DNA from: a virus
Taxonomy: Duplodnaviria > Caudoviricetes
Strand: one strand, 5' to 3'
Virus record (IMG/VR): IMGVR_UViG_2862963355_000001
Location: 4,660 to 68,659 of that record
DNA length: 64,000 nt
The position numbers and the translations under genes were made by a program. The number at the start of each line of letters is the position of its first letter. Within the stretch, counting starts at the first letter, position 1. Below are positions 17,443 through 27,231 of the stretch, in pieces. The notes under the pieces are model-generated. The model worked only from the letters and a program-made list of their open reading frames with translations, was not told the origin of the DNA and made no database searches.

Positions 17443-20400
17443 CAGATCCGCCCTCCCCGCTGGGCATTGCGGAGTCTGCGGTTGATCTCAGCCGCGACCG
17501 TGCGCGCGGAGCCCTCGGTGGCGGTCCCGTTCACAGTGATCGGCATTGAGCCGACCAGCGCCGCGGGCCGTTCGTCTCGCACTACGACCACCTGCACCCC
17601 CTGGGCGGGGCGTGCGTCGACCAGGCGGGTGGGCCCGCTCACTCCGCTGGGCGTGAGCCGGTAGCCGAAGCGCCCGGCCACGTCGCGCAGGACGGCAGTC
17701 GCCGATCCCCGCTGCGCGGCACCGAGCGGGATGAACGCCTCGCCGCGCGTCTCCGGTTCGGCGAACTTGATCAGTCCGCCGGATGTGGCGTAGAGACCAG
17801 GCGTGAGAATGCCGCCGGTCGCGTACGACAGTCCCTTGTTTGCGCGGGTCAAGTCACTGAGGAACTTGGCACCTTTCAAGCCGAGCGCGCTCTTCAGCCG
17901 GGAAAGGCCCAGATTTGCGATCTCGATGATGTGGTCCTCATCGAGTCCCGTGGCCTCGGCTACCGCATGCAGCCCGGTCGTCTTGCTCTTGACCGCGCCG
18001 ATGATGGCCACCAGGTCCGGCAGGCCATCACCGGGCACGGTCTTCATCGCGCCGCGGGCGGCGTCGTTTGCCGCCTTCGCCTTCTTCCTGTCCTTCACCG
18101 CCTGGACAGCGAGATCGGCGGCGTCCTGGTCGCCCTGCTCAGCCAGGTGCTTGGCCAGGTCGCCGAAGCCGCCGACTGCCAGCTTCGCGAGGTTCTGCTC
18201 GAAGACGCTTTGGTCCTTGACGGCTTGGCGGAGCTGCCCGGTGTACTCACCGAGGCTCGCCTTGGACACGGTCGCCAGATCGCGAAGGTCCTTCGCCATG
18301 GACCGCAGGTACTTCGAGCTGCCGGTCGCCATCTTGTGGGTGAGCGAGACACCTTCCTCACCCATCTCCGCCAGGGCAGCTGCGACGTCCTGTCCGGCTC
18401 GGCGCGCCACGGTGTCCAGGTCGTGCCGCCACCGCTTGGCCGTCGAGACCGAGGAGTGGAGCTTCTTGGCGAAAAGGGTGAGGCTGAAGCGCCCCTTCTT
18501 GTCCTGCGAATCGCCTGCGATCCCGGACAGGGAGTACAACGTCGGCAGCCGGTACGCGAATCCCGACAGGCCGCCGTCGGCGTGGTAGCTGACTTCGCCT
18601 CCGAATCGGCGGGCGACCTCTTCGAGGATGCGCTTGGACCTGGCCCGCTTGGCGCCAGCCAGGGGTATATAAGCCTCGCCATGCGTTTCCGGCTCAGCCC
18701 ATACACGCCACGCTCCCCCTGGCGCTATCTGTGCTGTGTGTTCCTCACGGTGCCGGACCCCTCCCTGGGCGTAGAACTCAAGCAGCCCTCCGTCGGCCTG
18801 CCTCTTGGGGGCCTGGATCAAGTCGGGCACACCATTGGCATCTCGGTCCCACGAGCTGCCCTGGATCTTCGCGTAGAAGGGGATGGTGACCGCGGCCGGC
18901 TTGTTGACGCTAACCGTGATCGTCTTTGTGCCGGGTATTCGCCCCACGGAGGCGCCGATGCCATCGAGCTGCGATTGCACCGCGGCCATGTCGCCGGACA
19001 GCAGGGCGCTCGTGAGCGCGGTCGCCGCTTCCGTTCCCTTCGTCTGCGACACCGCGACGATCAGGCTGAGCATCCCGGACCACTCGCTGTTCGACTGAGC
19101 GCCGGCCTTCTTGAACGCGCCAACGACTCCGGCCAGGTCGGGTGCCTTGATCGGCATGTCGGCGCCGTACAGGTAGCTCAGCTGGCTGCGGATCTGCTCG
19201 ACGTCGCCCTTCAGGAATGACTGCGCCAGCGAAGTCGAGGCTTCCTTGCCGTACCGGGCGGACACATCTGCCAGGAGCTTCATGCCCTGTTCGAGCTGTG
19301 CAGAGGCGGCCTTGGGGAGCCGCTTGGCGGCGGCCGACATATCGGCGACGGCCATGTCCCTCATGACCCGTGCGAGCTTGCCGGGGTCGTTCGTGGCCGC
19401 AGCATTCGCCCAGGCGCGCGCGACCTTCTTTCCGTACTTCGCCGAGATCGCGGGCAGCTGCTCCAGGCCGGCGCGGAAGGCGGGGGTGGAGCGGGCCGAC
19501 GACTCGCGGATGATTGATTCGAGCTCGTCGGCGACCTTGCCCTTGCCCTTCTCAAGCTGATTCACAAGCTCGTCGAGGATCGGGGCGGAGTCCGGGCCCA
19601 GTTTCACGAAGTGGTCGGCAAGATCCAGTCGTCCTTCGGCCGCCAGCAGGCCCAGGTTCTTCTGGAAGTCGCGCTGCGCCTTGAGCTGTTTGCGCAGCTC
19701 TTCGACGTAGTCGGCGAGCGATGCCTTGGAGGCGTCAGCGGAGCGTCCGGCCTTCCGGTTGGCTTCGGCGACTCGGTCCTGGGCGGCCTTCCATGCCTTC
19801 GCCGGGTCGACGATCGAGGCGAGGGCCTTGCCCATCGCTTCCATCTCGTCGGTGTACTGGGGCGCCCCGTTCTTGTCTGTCGGCAGGGACTGGGTGATGT
19901 CCCAGGCCCCGATGGCGTCACGCCGGTTTGCTTTGATCTTGTTGTTGACGATGGCCATGTTGGCGGCAAGCTCGTTCTCTTTCTTGACCGCGTCTGACCA
20001 GATCTTGTGCTGCTTGTCGAGGACCTTCTTGGCCCGGTCGAAGCTGACGTCGTAGGTGTAGACGCCGCCACCCATCTCCCACGAGGCGTCCTTGCCTCGT
20101 TGCAGCTCCTCTCGAAGGCTCCGGAGCTTTTCGCCGCCGGAGGTGATGGCGTCGATTGCTGTCGTCACGTCGACGCCGGCGTCCTTGAGTTTCTTGACGT
20201 CATCGCTGTTGGTGAGCTGTTCGGTGAGGGTCCGTAGTCCTGCTCCGTGCTCGCCCTCATCTCGCTCCTTGCGGAGCGCGTCGACCAGTTCCTCTGTCGC
20301 CGCCTTGGCCTTCTGCTTGCTGGCCGAGTACGCCGCGTAGATGCCGATGCCGACTGCCAGCAGAGCGGTGAGCCCCGCGACGGCGATCCCGGCGCCGCTG

Positions 20401-21725
20401 AGGACGGCCGGCAGCGCCGCTCCGCCTGCGCGCGCCGCAGCAAGCTCTGTCCGGAACACGGTGAGCTGCGCGCCGAACTTCAAGAACGCGGCCTTCCCCA
20501 GCAACGCGGCGGCCGAGACCGCGATCAAGATGCCCATCAGCGACTTCACCGGTCCAGGCAGGTCGTTGATCGCGCCGGCCAGCACGTTCAGGTACTCCCC
20601 GACGCCCTGCAGAGCAGGCAGCAGCACCCGCGCCATGTCGATGCCGAGGGCCTGCGCCTGGTTCTGGAACTGCGACCACTGGCCGGCGGTGGTGTCCATT
20701 TGGATCGCGTACGCCTTCTGGGTCGCCCCCGCTCGCTCGACCTCTTGGCTGATGCCCTGGTAGGTGGCGGCGTAGTTCTTGCCGTCCGCCGCGGAGAGCG
20801 CCAGCGCGGCACGCACTGCGCGAATGTCGGTCAGGAGAGGAACCAGCTTTTCGGCACTGCCGCCAGTAGCAGTACGGATCTTCTGCATGACGACGTACAG
20901 GCCGTCCTGCTTGAGGGCAGCTGCCGCCGACTCGTAGCCGAAGCCCTTGATCATCGCTGTCAGGTCTTGGGTGGGCTTCATCATGCGGGTGATCAGCATG
21001 TTCAGCGCGGTCACGCTCTCCGCCGCCGGGATGCCCGACAGGGTCACCGCCGCAAGTGCTGCGCTGATGTCCTCGAACTTGATGTCCGCCGCGGCGGCCA
21101 TCGGCACCACGTCGCCGAGCTGCTGAGCCAGCTCCTCGAAGCTCACGACGCCGTAGTTGACCGTCTGGAACATCGTGTCCATGACGTCGCTGGCCTGCGA
21201 AGCGTCCATGCCGTACGCCTTCATGACGCCGAGCAGGGCGCGGGCGGACGTCTCGGTCGTGGTCAGGCCGGCCGCAGCTCCGCGAGCCGCCACACGAAGG
21301 ATCGTCATTGCGTCCGCGCCGTCGAAACCGGTTGAGACGACCTGGTACAGGCCCTCGGCCAGTTGGTCGGCGGACTGCGGGAGCTGGGTGCTGAGCTCGA
21401 CGATCTGGTCGGTGAAGCGGCTGACGTTGGTGGAGTTGATCTCCTTCGAGATCGTCATCACGTTCGCCATGTGCTTCTCAAGCTCGATGGCGCTGCGCAC
21501 GCCCATGACGAATGCTCCGCCAAGGGCGGCGCCCATGACGGTGAACCCGGTAGCCATCGCCCGGCGGGTCCGATCCGACCTTGCAGCGAGCTGGTTGAGA
21601 TCACCGTCGAGTCGCCGGACCTGTCCGCCGAACGCTGTCACCTGGCCTGCGGCAGTCCGCAGGCCCCCGACCAGACCGGATACACCGGCCTGGACCTGGA
21701 CGTAGAGGGTGTAGGCCCCAGCCAC
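17442..21725 (-). CDS. Tape measure protein (TP901-type N-terminus)
   Basis: 1427-aa Ala-rich helical protein following the tail assembly chaperones. Confidence 0.92.
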   Translation of the reverse strand: MAGAYTLYVQVQAGVSGLVGGLRTAAGQVTAFGGQVRRLDGDLNQLAARSDRTRRAMATGFTVMGAALGGAFVMGVRSAIELEKHMANVMTISKEINSTNVSRFTDQIVELSTQLPQSADQLAEGLYQVVSTGFDGADAMTILRVAARGAAAGLTTTETSARALLGVMKAYGMDASQASDVMDTMFQTVNYGVVSFEELAQQLGDVVPMAAAADIKFEDISAALAAVTLSGIPAAESVTALNMLITRMMKPTQDLTAMIKGFGYESAAAALKQDGLYVVMQKIRTATGGSAEKLVPLLTDIRAVRAALALSAADGKNYAATYQGISQEVERAGATQKAYAIQMDTTAGQWSQFQNQAQALGIDMARVLLPALQGVGEYLNVLAGAINDLPGPVKSLMGILIAVSAAALLGKAAFLKFGAQLTVFRTELAAARAGGAALPAVLSGAGIAVAGLTALLAVGIGIYAAYSASKQKAKAATEELVDALRKERDEGEHGAGLRTLTEQLTNSDDVKKLKDAGVDVTTAIDAITSGGEKLRSLREELQRGKDASWEMGGGVYTYDVSFDRAKKVLDKQHKIWSDAVKKENELAANMAIVNNKIKANRRDAIGAWDITQSLPTDKNGAPQYTDEMEAMGKALASIVDPAKAWKAAQDRVAEANRKAGRSADASKASLADYVEELRKQLKAQRDFQKNLGLLAAEGRLDLADHFVKLGPDSAPILDELVNQLEKGKGKVADELESIIRESSARSTPAFRAGLEQLPAISAKYGKKVARAWANAAATNDPGKLARVMRDMAVADMSAAAKRLPKAASAQLEQGMKLLADVSARYGKEASTSLAQSFLKGDVEQIRSQLSYLYGADMPIKAPDLAGVVGAFKKAGAQSNSEWSGMLSLIVAVSQTKGTEAATALTSALLSGDMAAVQSQLDGIGASVGRIPGTKTITVSVNKPAAVTIPFYAKIQGSSWDRDANGVPDLIQAPKRQADGGLLEFYAQGGVRHREEHTAQIAPGGAWRVWAEPETHGEAYIPLAGAKRARSKRILEEVARRFGGEVSYHADGGLSGFAYRLPTLYSLSGIAGDSQDKKGRFSLTLFAKKLHSSVSTAKRWRHDLDTVARRAGQDVAAALAEMGEEGVSLTHKMATGSSKYLRSMAKDLRDLATVSKASLGEYTGQLRQAVKDQSVFEQNLAKLAVGGFGDLAKHLAEQGDQDAADLAVQAVKDRKKAKAANDAARGAMKTVPGDGLPDLVAIIGAVKSKTTGLHAVAEATGLDEDHIIEIANLGLSRLKSALGLKGAKFLSDLTRANKGLSYATGGILTPGLYATSGGLIKFAEPETRGEAFIPLGAAQRGSATAVLRDVAGRFGYRLTPSGVSGPTRLVDARPAQGVQVVVVRDERPAALVGSMPITVNGTATEGSARTVAAEINRRLRNAQRGGRI

Positions 21726-21728
21726 TGG

Positions 21729-22073
21729 CTATGCCTTCTTTCTGGGCCGTAGCCCGACCTTCACCCCACGCCCCTCCGGACCCTCCGGGACCTGCTCCTG
21801 CTCCATGGCGATCAGCTCGCAGCCGACGCACCGGTGCGTCTCGGTGACGTACGCGAAGCGGTCGCCACCCGCCTGCTCGTCCCACTCCTCCGGCCTGGTC
21901 CCGCACGAGTCGCACACCGTTCGCGAGTAGGCGAGGTAGGCAATGGCCTTTGCACGGTCGAGCGCCGACCAACGCCCGTCTCCCGCCCCGGTGAACTGGC
22001 TGTGCGGGATCCCGTACGAGGCGCAGACCTCCATCTCTGCGCGGAAGCCTGGGTCGGAGGTCAGCCTTTTCCC
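21729..22073 (-). CDS. Tail assembly chaperone, frameshift extension (gpGT-like C-terminal part)
   Basis: The -1 frame from GGGAAAA reads KRLTSDPGFRAEMEVCASY... and stays open to 21729. Confidence 0.7.
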   Translation of the reverse strand, partial: GKRLTSDPGFRAEMEVCASYGIPHSQFTGAGDGRWSALDRAKAIAYLAYSRTVCDSCGTRPEEWDEQAGGDRFAYVTETHRCVGCELIAMEQEQVPEGPEGRGVKVGLRPRKKA

Positions 22074-22670
22074 AGGTCCGCCCTCAGCGTCTGATTGACC
22101 AGCAGGGCGCTGGTGAAAAGGGCTTTCGCCTCAGAGTCCGGCCATGCGTCGAGGAGTTCTTGCGCCTCCTGCTCGCTCATCCCGGGGACCTCTGCCCCTG
22201 ACTGGTCCCGCTCGATGTGGCACGAAGCGATGAGGGCAGCCGGGTAGGTCTCGACGTTGTACTCCATGCCCTGATCCGCCTGCGCCTCCGTCGGCGGGTG
22301 ATCACGCAGGAGCTGTTCCCAGGCAGGCCGCGGCAGAGCGCGGAAGGTCAGGACGACCGTCGCGTCTTCCAGGACACGTTCGGCGGCGTCGAGTCGAAGC
22401 TGCGCGGCGACCACGTCCGGGCGGGCGAGCATCCACTCCTCGCGGTCGGCCTCGGCGATGCCCTGCTCGACGGACTCAGCGCGGGCGGTGGTGCGGGCTT
22501 TCGCCAGCTCCAGGGCGGCGTCGGTGGCGTTCTTCTTCGCCTCGTCGTCGTCGCAAAGCCGCAGGCTGCGCTCTGGCAGCTTGCGTGCCTTGAGCCGGGC
22601 CATCTTGGCGGACCAGTGGGCGTCCCGGGCGACTGCGGCGGCGGGCGGTTCGGTGATAACGGTGGTCATG
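22061..22670 (-). CDS. Tail assembly chaperone (gpG-like)
   Basis: Between tail tube and TMP; ends ...DLGKG* over a slippery heptamer. Confidence 0.75.
22067..22073 (-). other. Programmed -1 ribosomal frameshift site G GGA AAA
   Basis: Canonical XXXYYYZ heptamer one codon before the chaperone stop, with an open -1 frame. Confidence 0.85.
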
Positions 22671-22682
22671 CGGCACCCCCGG

Positions 22683-23177
22683 TCAGACGGTCTTCGCCGG
22701 CACGGCGGCGTCGAGGACCGGTTCGTCGGTGATGCCGAAGGTGACCTTGAACTTGGCGGGCTCGCTGGCCGTGGAGTACGACGGGCTGCGGCTGCCGACG
22801 CGGACGGGGAACACGTCCATCGACTTGGACTGCGGCACATCTCCCTTGCGCAGGATGACGATGAAGCCAATGACGCCCTTGGAGAGCAGGGTCTCGATGG
22901 TGTCGCTGACCTTGTCCTCGTAGAAGGTCAGCGAGCTGTTGTCGGCCTTGTCCTCACCGGGAATGGTGGTGGCGAACGTCGACCCCATGTCCGGGGTGTC
23001 GATGGGGGTGTTCTCCAGCGACCAGCCTTCGACGTCGGAGATGGTGTCCGACAGGTTGGTGGCGTTGGCGGGCGCCAGCTCGGCGCGCGTGGGGATGTTG
23101 TCGTCGGAGGCGATCTTCTGCAGGAAGTAGAAGAGGGTGGTGCCTCGGCGCATGAAACGCTGCTGCGTGGTGGACAC
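22683..23177 (-). CDS. Major tail (tube) protein; start approximate
   Basis: IPTRAEL...TIPGEDKADNSSLTFYED...DVFPVRVGS, an actinophage tail tube pattern. Confidence 0.8.
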   Translation of the reverse strand: MSTTQQRFMRRGTTLFYFLQKIASDDNIPTRAELAPANATNLSDTISDVEGWSLENTPIDTPDMGSTFATTIPGEDKADNSSLTFYEDKVSDTIETLLSKGVIGFIVILRKGDVPQSKSMDVFPVRVGSRSPSYSTASEPAKFKVTFGITDEPVLDAAVPAKTV

Positions 23178-23309
23178 GCGACTCTCACTCTCCGGGGACG
23201 CTGACGGCTCCGGAATGCGGCAGGCCCGTCCCCAACAGATCAAGCTGGGAGTCGGCCCGTACCGAGTAGTCGGGCGTCCGCGATGGGCCTCCGCGGTGAG
23301 GTGAGTCGG

Positions 23310-23744
23310 TTAGCTACTGAGGGTGGTGACCTCGATGGCGAACCGCTGAACGTAACTGTATACGCCGCTGGCGACAGCCACGCCTTCTTCTTTGTCCAGC
23401 TCACGGGACATGACCGCGTAGCCGGTGGCAACGATCGGGTAGGTGTAGCCGAGCGGAGTGCGAGCCAGCATGCCCGATCGGACCTTGTCAGCCATCCACT
23501 CGGCCTGCTCGGCCGTCGTCGCAACTGACGTGATCTGGTAGACGATTCGGGCGTCTGCGCTTGCGTCGCCGAAGGGCGGGCCGTCGCTCGTGGAGCCGAC
23601 GGGATACAGCACGCAGTACGGCGTCGCGGCTCCCGTCGGCAGGCTGCTTGCTGTGGGTGCCGTTCCGTATCCACAGGATCGTCCCGTCGCGGTGCCGAGC
23701 ATCGTCTGAACAGCGAGGCTGAGCACCCGTCCGGATACGGCCAT
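23310..23744 (-). CDS. Tail terminator/completion protein (DUF3168-like)
   Basis: PYCVLYP...YQITSVA..AEQAEWMAD; position before the tail tube. Confidence 0.65.
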   Translation of the reverse strand: MAVSGRVLSLAVQTMLGTATGRSCGYGTAPTASSLPTGAATPYCVLYPVGSTSDGPPFGDASADARIVYQITSVATTAEQAEWMADKVRSGMLARTPLGYTYPIVATGYAVMSRELDKEEGVAVASGVYSYVQRFAIEVTTLSS

Positions 23745-24177
23745 CAGTCACCCACCGCCGCTCCGACAGCTGCCAGGAACGCGGGCCGGATCTGCTCGAC
23801 GGCCGGTCCCACATGGGGAAACGGCGGCTGGTTGTAGATCCGCCCGAGACTGTCTGCTCCGACGAAGCCGTACTCCAGGCGCCGGCTCTGCGGCTTGTTG
23901 GTGCCGACGATCGCCTCAACGTTCAGGCCGCTGGTGCTGAACTCGTGGGTCCATGAGCGACGGTAGTCGCCTGTCGGCGCGTTCGGTCCCGGTCTGCCGC
24001 TGGCATTGGCCTTGATCGCCGTCTCCAGCAGCATGGCGTAGTGCTGCACAACGCTGGCCACCGCCGGGAGCGCGGCTGCCGCGCGAGCATTCAACCGTGC
24101 CGCGATCTGGGGCGCGTTGCTGTAGGCCCCTGCCAACGGGTGGGCGTTCGGGTGCGGATTCTGCGGGGAGGCCATCA
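23744..24177 (-). CDS. HK97 gp10-like neck protein
   Basis: APTGDYRRSW...VGTN..RLEYG...FPHVGPA motif. Confidence 0.75.
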
Positions 24178-24578
24178 GTTCGTCTCCGGGTTCGGGTCGA
24201 ACTCTCCCCGCGCCCACTGCTGGAGCTGTGCGAGCACCGCCTTGGTGAATCCGTACTGGCCGCCTTCGAGGTCAGGGCGGGCGAGGGCCGCCTTCTCCAG
24301 AAGTCCTGCGTCCATAGCCGAAAGGAATGCAGCTGCCGCAGGTCCCGGTTCGTGGGGGACGCCGACCGCGACTCGGGCGAAGCCGTCGAAGTCTGAGCCG
24401 GACTTTCCCCTTGCAAGTTGGATGACCAAGTCGGCTGGCTGACCCGCCAGTTGATGAATGGTGTAGCCGGAAACGACTCGCGAATAGTCGACTCCGCCTA
24501 TCTGTATCGACGCCTTGGTTCCGTCCGTCGTGACCCTCACCTGCTGAAGGCAGGCGGCCGAAGTGTCCGTGATCTCCA
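24175..24578 (-). CDS. Hypothetical protein; start approximate
   Basis: Co-oriented ORF (MEITDTS...) between the secreted protein and the gp10-like gene. Confidence 0.5.
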
Positions 24579-24723
24579 TACGTCGAGCGTAAGCCGGTTC
24601 TCGGACACTCCGATTCGCCTTAGAGCCTGTCCGATGGGTCAGCCACACCGGCCTACGGACGGGACTGAAAGCCCACCGCGTTAAAGCAGCCCGCTGCTGC
24701 TCGCTCCTTAGAAAGCCGAGTTG

Positions 24724-24978
24724 TCAGCAGGACGAGCCCACGCCGTCGAACTGCGCACCCGGGTTGCCCTCCCCATTGAGCGCGTTACCCAACAGACCGT
24801 TGAGGAGCCCGACCTGGCCCAGAATATCGATGTTCAGGTCGTGCGTCTTGCACCAGTGGCCGTGGCGATTGTTGAGCTTGCCGCCGCCCAAGCCGTCATC
24901 AGCAAAGGCACCGCCTGCGGCTCCGATCATGGCAACTACAGCCAGGGCAGACGCGGCGACAGCAGTATGGATGCGCAT
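24724..24978 (-). CDS. Small secreted protein with a signal peptide and two Cys; rodlin/chaplin-like composition
   Basis: GGGAG RBS; MRIHTAVAASALAVVAMIGAAGGAFA|DDG...CKTHDLNIDILGQVGLLNGLLGNALNGEGNPGAQFDGVGSSC. Confidence 0.65.
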   Translation of the reverse strand: MRIHTAVAASALAVVAMIGAAGGAFADDGLGGGKLNNRHGHWCKTHDLNIDILGQVGLLNGLLGNALNGEGNPGAQFDGVGSSC

Positions 24979-25174
24979 GTTCACTCCCATGTGACAGTCC
25001 CGACCCGGCGGTGTCGCCGAGGGCGGCGGCCCGGAGAGTGCCGCCGTACGGGTGAAGATCTCCGACGCAATCGGCCGCAAACGACGGCGAAGCCTGGTTC
25101 CCCCGAACTAGCTAAATCCTCCAGCGCGTCGAATGAAAGGGACCAGGTCACTGACAGCACCCGTCGGACAGGCT

Positions 25175-25600
25175 CTAGGACGGCGGGGTGATCTCGTCCA
25201 GTCGCGTCACACGGACAAGTTCGACGGTTGATGCCTCTGCCGGGTCGAGAACCTGCCAGACACGGCCGCCGGTCGCCGCACTGCCCGAATGCGCGACGGT
25301 CACCTCAACTCGGTCGTACCGGGCTGGCACCGGTGCGCCGAGAGGGGTCAACAACCGGTACCAGGACACCGTGTCGTCGAGCCACTGCTTCCCGATGATC
25401 CCCTCGGCGGTGACCTGACCGTGCCCGGACAGCATGGCGCCGGGCCCCTCATAGACCAGGTCGGCGGGCACCTCCCCGAGAAGCCCGGTGTCGGGGTCGA
25501 GCGCCGGCGTACCCGTCGGCCTGGTCACGCGCACCGTGTCCAAAAGGAGCTTGGCTTCCAGCTCCTTGCGAATCTCCTCCGGATCAATGGCGGTGGTCAC
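25175..25600 (-). CDS. DUF6093-like head-closure protein, paralog 2
   Basis: DTVRVTRP...DPDTG...YEGPG...YRLLTPLGAP. Confidence 0.7.
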   Translation of the reverse strand: MTTAIDPEEIRKELEAKLLLDTVRVTRPTGTPALDPDTGLLGEVPADLVYEGPGAMLSGHGQVTAEGIIGKQWLDDTVSWYRLLTPLGAPVPARYDRVEVTVAHSGSAATGGRVWQVLDPAEASTVELVRVTRLDEITPPS

Positions 25601-26034
25601 GCCACCGTTCCCGACTTCTGGGTGTTCTGGTCAACCCACGTCGTCCGAACGACGCTCAGGGTAGAGGTCTCCCCGATGTCGATCACTCGCCATGTCCGAC
25701 CGATGGCCGACTCGTCTTCGGCTTGCACGACGGTCACGGTGTCCTCGCGGGAGGCGACCGGTGCCGACAACGGAGTCAGCAGTCGGTACCGGGACGGGGT
25801 GTCGTCCACGTACGCCTGCCCGGCGAGGTGCAGGACAACGGAGGGCCCGCCAGTGGGGAAGATCGCGCCTGGGCCTTCGTAGATGGTGACGGGCGGACCG
25901 GGCTCGTACTGCCCTGTGTCCGGGTTGAAGATCGGCTCGCCAGGCCGGTAGATACGGATCTTGTCGGTGAGGATCTTCTTCTCAACGATCGCGCTGACGG
26001 CCCCCAGAGTCAGCCCTTCAGTAGGCACGCTCAT
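25597..26034 (-). CDS. DUF6093-like head-closure protein, paralog 1
   Basis: DKIRIYRP...NPDTG...YEGPG...YRLLTPLSAP. Confidence 0.7.
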   Translation of the reverse strand: MSVPTEGLTLGAVSAIVEKKILTDKIRIYRPGEPIFNPDTGQYEPGPPVTIYEGPGAIFPTGGPSVVLHLAGQAYVDDTPSRYRLLTPLSAPVASREDTVTVVQAEDESAIGRTWRVIDIGETSTLSVVRTTWVDQNTQKSGTVA

Positions 26035-26114
26035 GCATTCGAGCGTAGCCGCGCCCGCCGACAGCCCGGAATCTGTGCCCGGGGTGGTGAAGTCGGCCCG
26101 TCCCCACCACGACG

Positions 26115-27230
26115 TCAGGCACTAGCGGAAGGTGCTGCAGCGCACACGCGGGTGATCACAGACTCGCTGGTGTTGAGGGCGGTGAACAGGTCCCCTCGCA
26201 GGTCTTCGGGAATGGCGCCGGAGCCCAAAGCACACCCCTCGACGATTCTCTGAAGACGGTCTGCCTGCTGGGCGGTCATGTACTCGTGGCAACCAGGGTG
26301 AGACAGCACATCGCGAGCTGCGTAGCCGTCGCCTACCGCGACGGTCTCCTCGACGAGATCTGTGGCAATACGGCTGGCAATCCCCGGACCCTGTCCACCA
26401 GCAAGGTCGATGGCGGACAGCCCCAGCCGTGTGAGGAACACCGCCAGGCCAGCACTTCGCTCCAGGGAACGGTAGAGATCCACCAAGTCGTCGAGAGCAG
26501 TGTCGACCGGCAGGTTCGCCGTCCGCCTGCACAGCACCGTAAGAAGTGCTGCAATCGCGCTCTCCCACGCCTCACCAGGAACGGTGCCACTCAGCAGGAC
26601 CTCAGCCCGTTCGATGTCTCCCGCCGTGATGTGGGCTATGACGGCAACCTGGCGGCCGTCAAGCATCCTGCTGCCGATGCCCTTGTGCCGCTGGACCTGG
26701 GCATGTGCCTCCGCCCACATGTCGGCGCTGGCCAGGGCGCGCGTACCGTCGGCCAGCAGTACGGTCCACAGCCATTGATGCAGCTTGCGGCGGTCCTCGT
26801 TCGCCCCGGTGACGCGCTCAAAGGACACCTCGTTCCCGTCGATCGTGACGGCCGTGCCGGACGTCACCGCTCGGTACATCGAGTCGAGAAGAGCAAAGCC
26901 ACCGCCTCCGTCGCCGGAACGGATCAGCAGCCGCGCGAGGTTGACCAGGGGCTCCAGGCTGAACCGGGCGACCTGCGCGCCCAGGGGCTGGGTGCGCAGG
27001 TACGCCACGGCGTGACGCCAGCACAGAGTTCGGGCCAGGTCCGGAACGGCACAGTCGCTGGCGAGCAGGGCCGCCTTGTTGAAGGCGGCAGATGCTGGGG
27101 CCAGCCGGCCGGTGCGCTCGGCCTCCCGTGCAAGGCCGCCGATCTCCTGAACTCGATCAACGAGGGGCGAACAGGCAGGCCGAGGCCGGGCGACCAGCGG
27201 AAAACGCCGCACTATCTGGCTGGCGTCCAT
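26115..27230 (-). CDS. Unknown alpha-helical (TPR-like) protein coupled to the lanthipeptide operon
   Basis: ATG 1 nt after the FxlM stop; RRFPLVARPRP...AFNKAALLASDC...LEPLVNLARL. Confidence 0.7.
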   Translation of the reverse strand: MDASQIVRRFPLVARPRPACSPLVDRVQEIGGLAREAERTGRLAPASAAFNKAALLASDCAVPDLARTLCWRHAVAYLRTQPLGAQVARFSLEPLVNLARLLIRSGDGGGGFALLDSMYRAVTSGTAVTIDGNEVSFERVTGANEDRRKLHQWLWTVLLADGTRALASADMWAEAHAQVQRHKGIGSRMLDGRQVAVIAHITAGDIERAEVLLSGTVPGEAWESAIAALLTVLCRRTANLPVDTALDDLVDLYRSLERSAGLAVFLTRLGLSAIDLAGGQGPGIASRIATDLVEETVAVGDGYAARDVLSHPGCHEYMTAQQADRLQRIVEGCALGSGAIPEDLRGDLFTALNTSESVITRVCAAAPSASA

Positions 27231-27231
27231 C

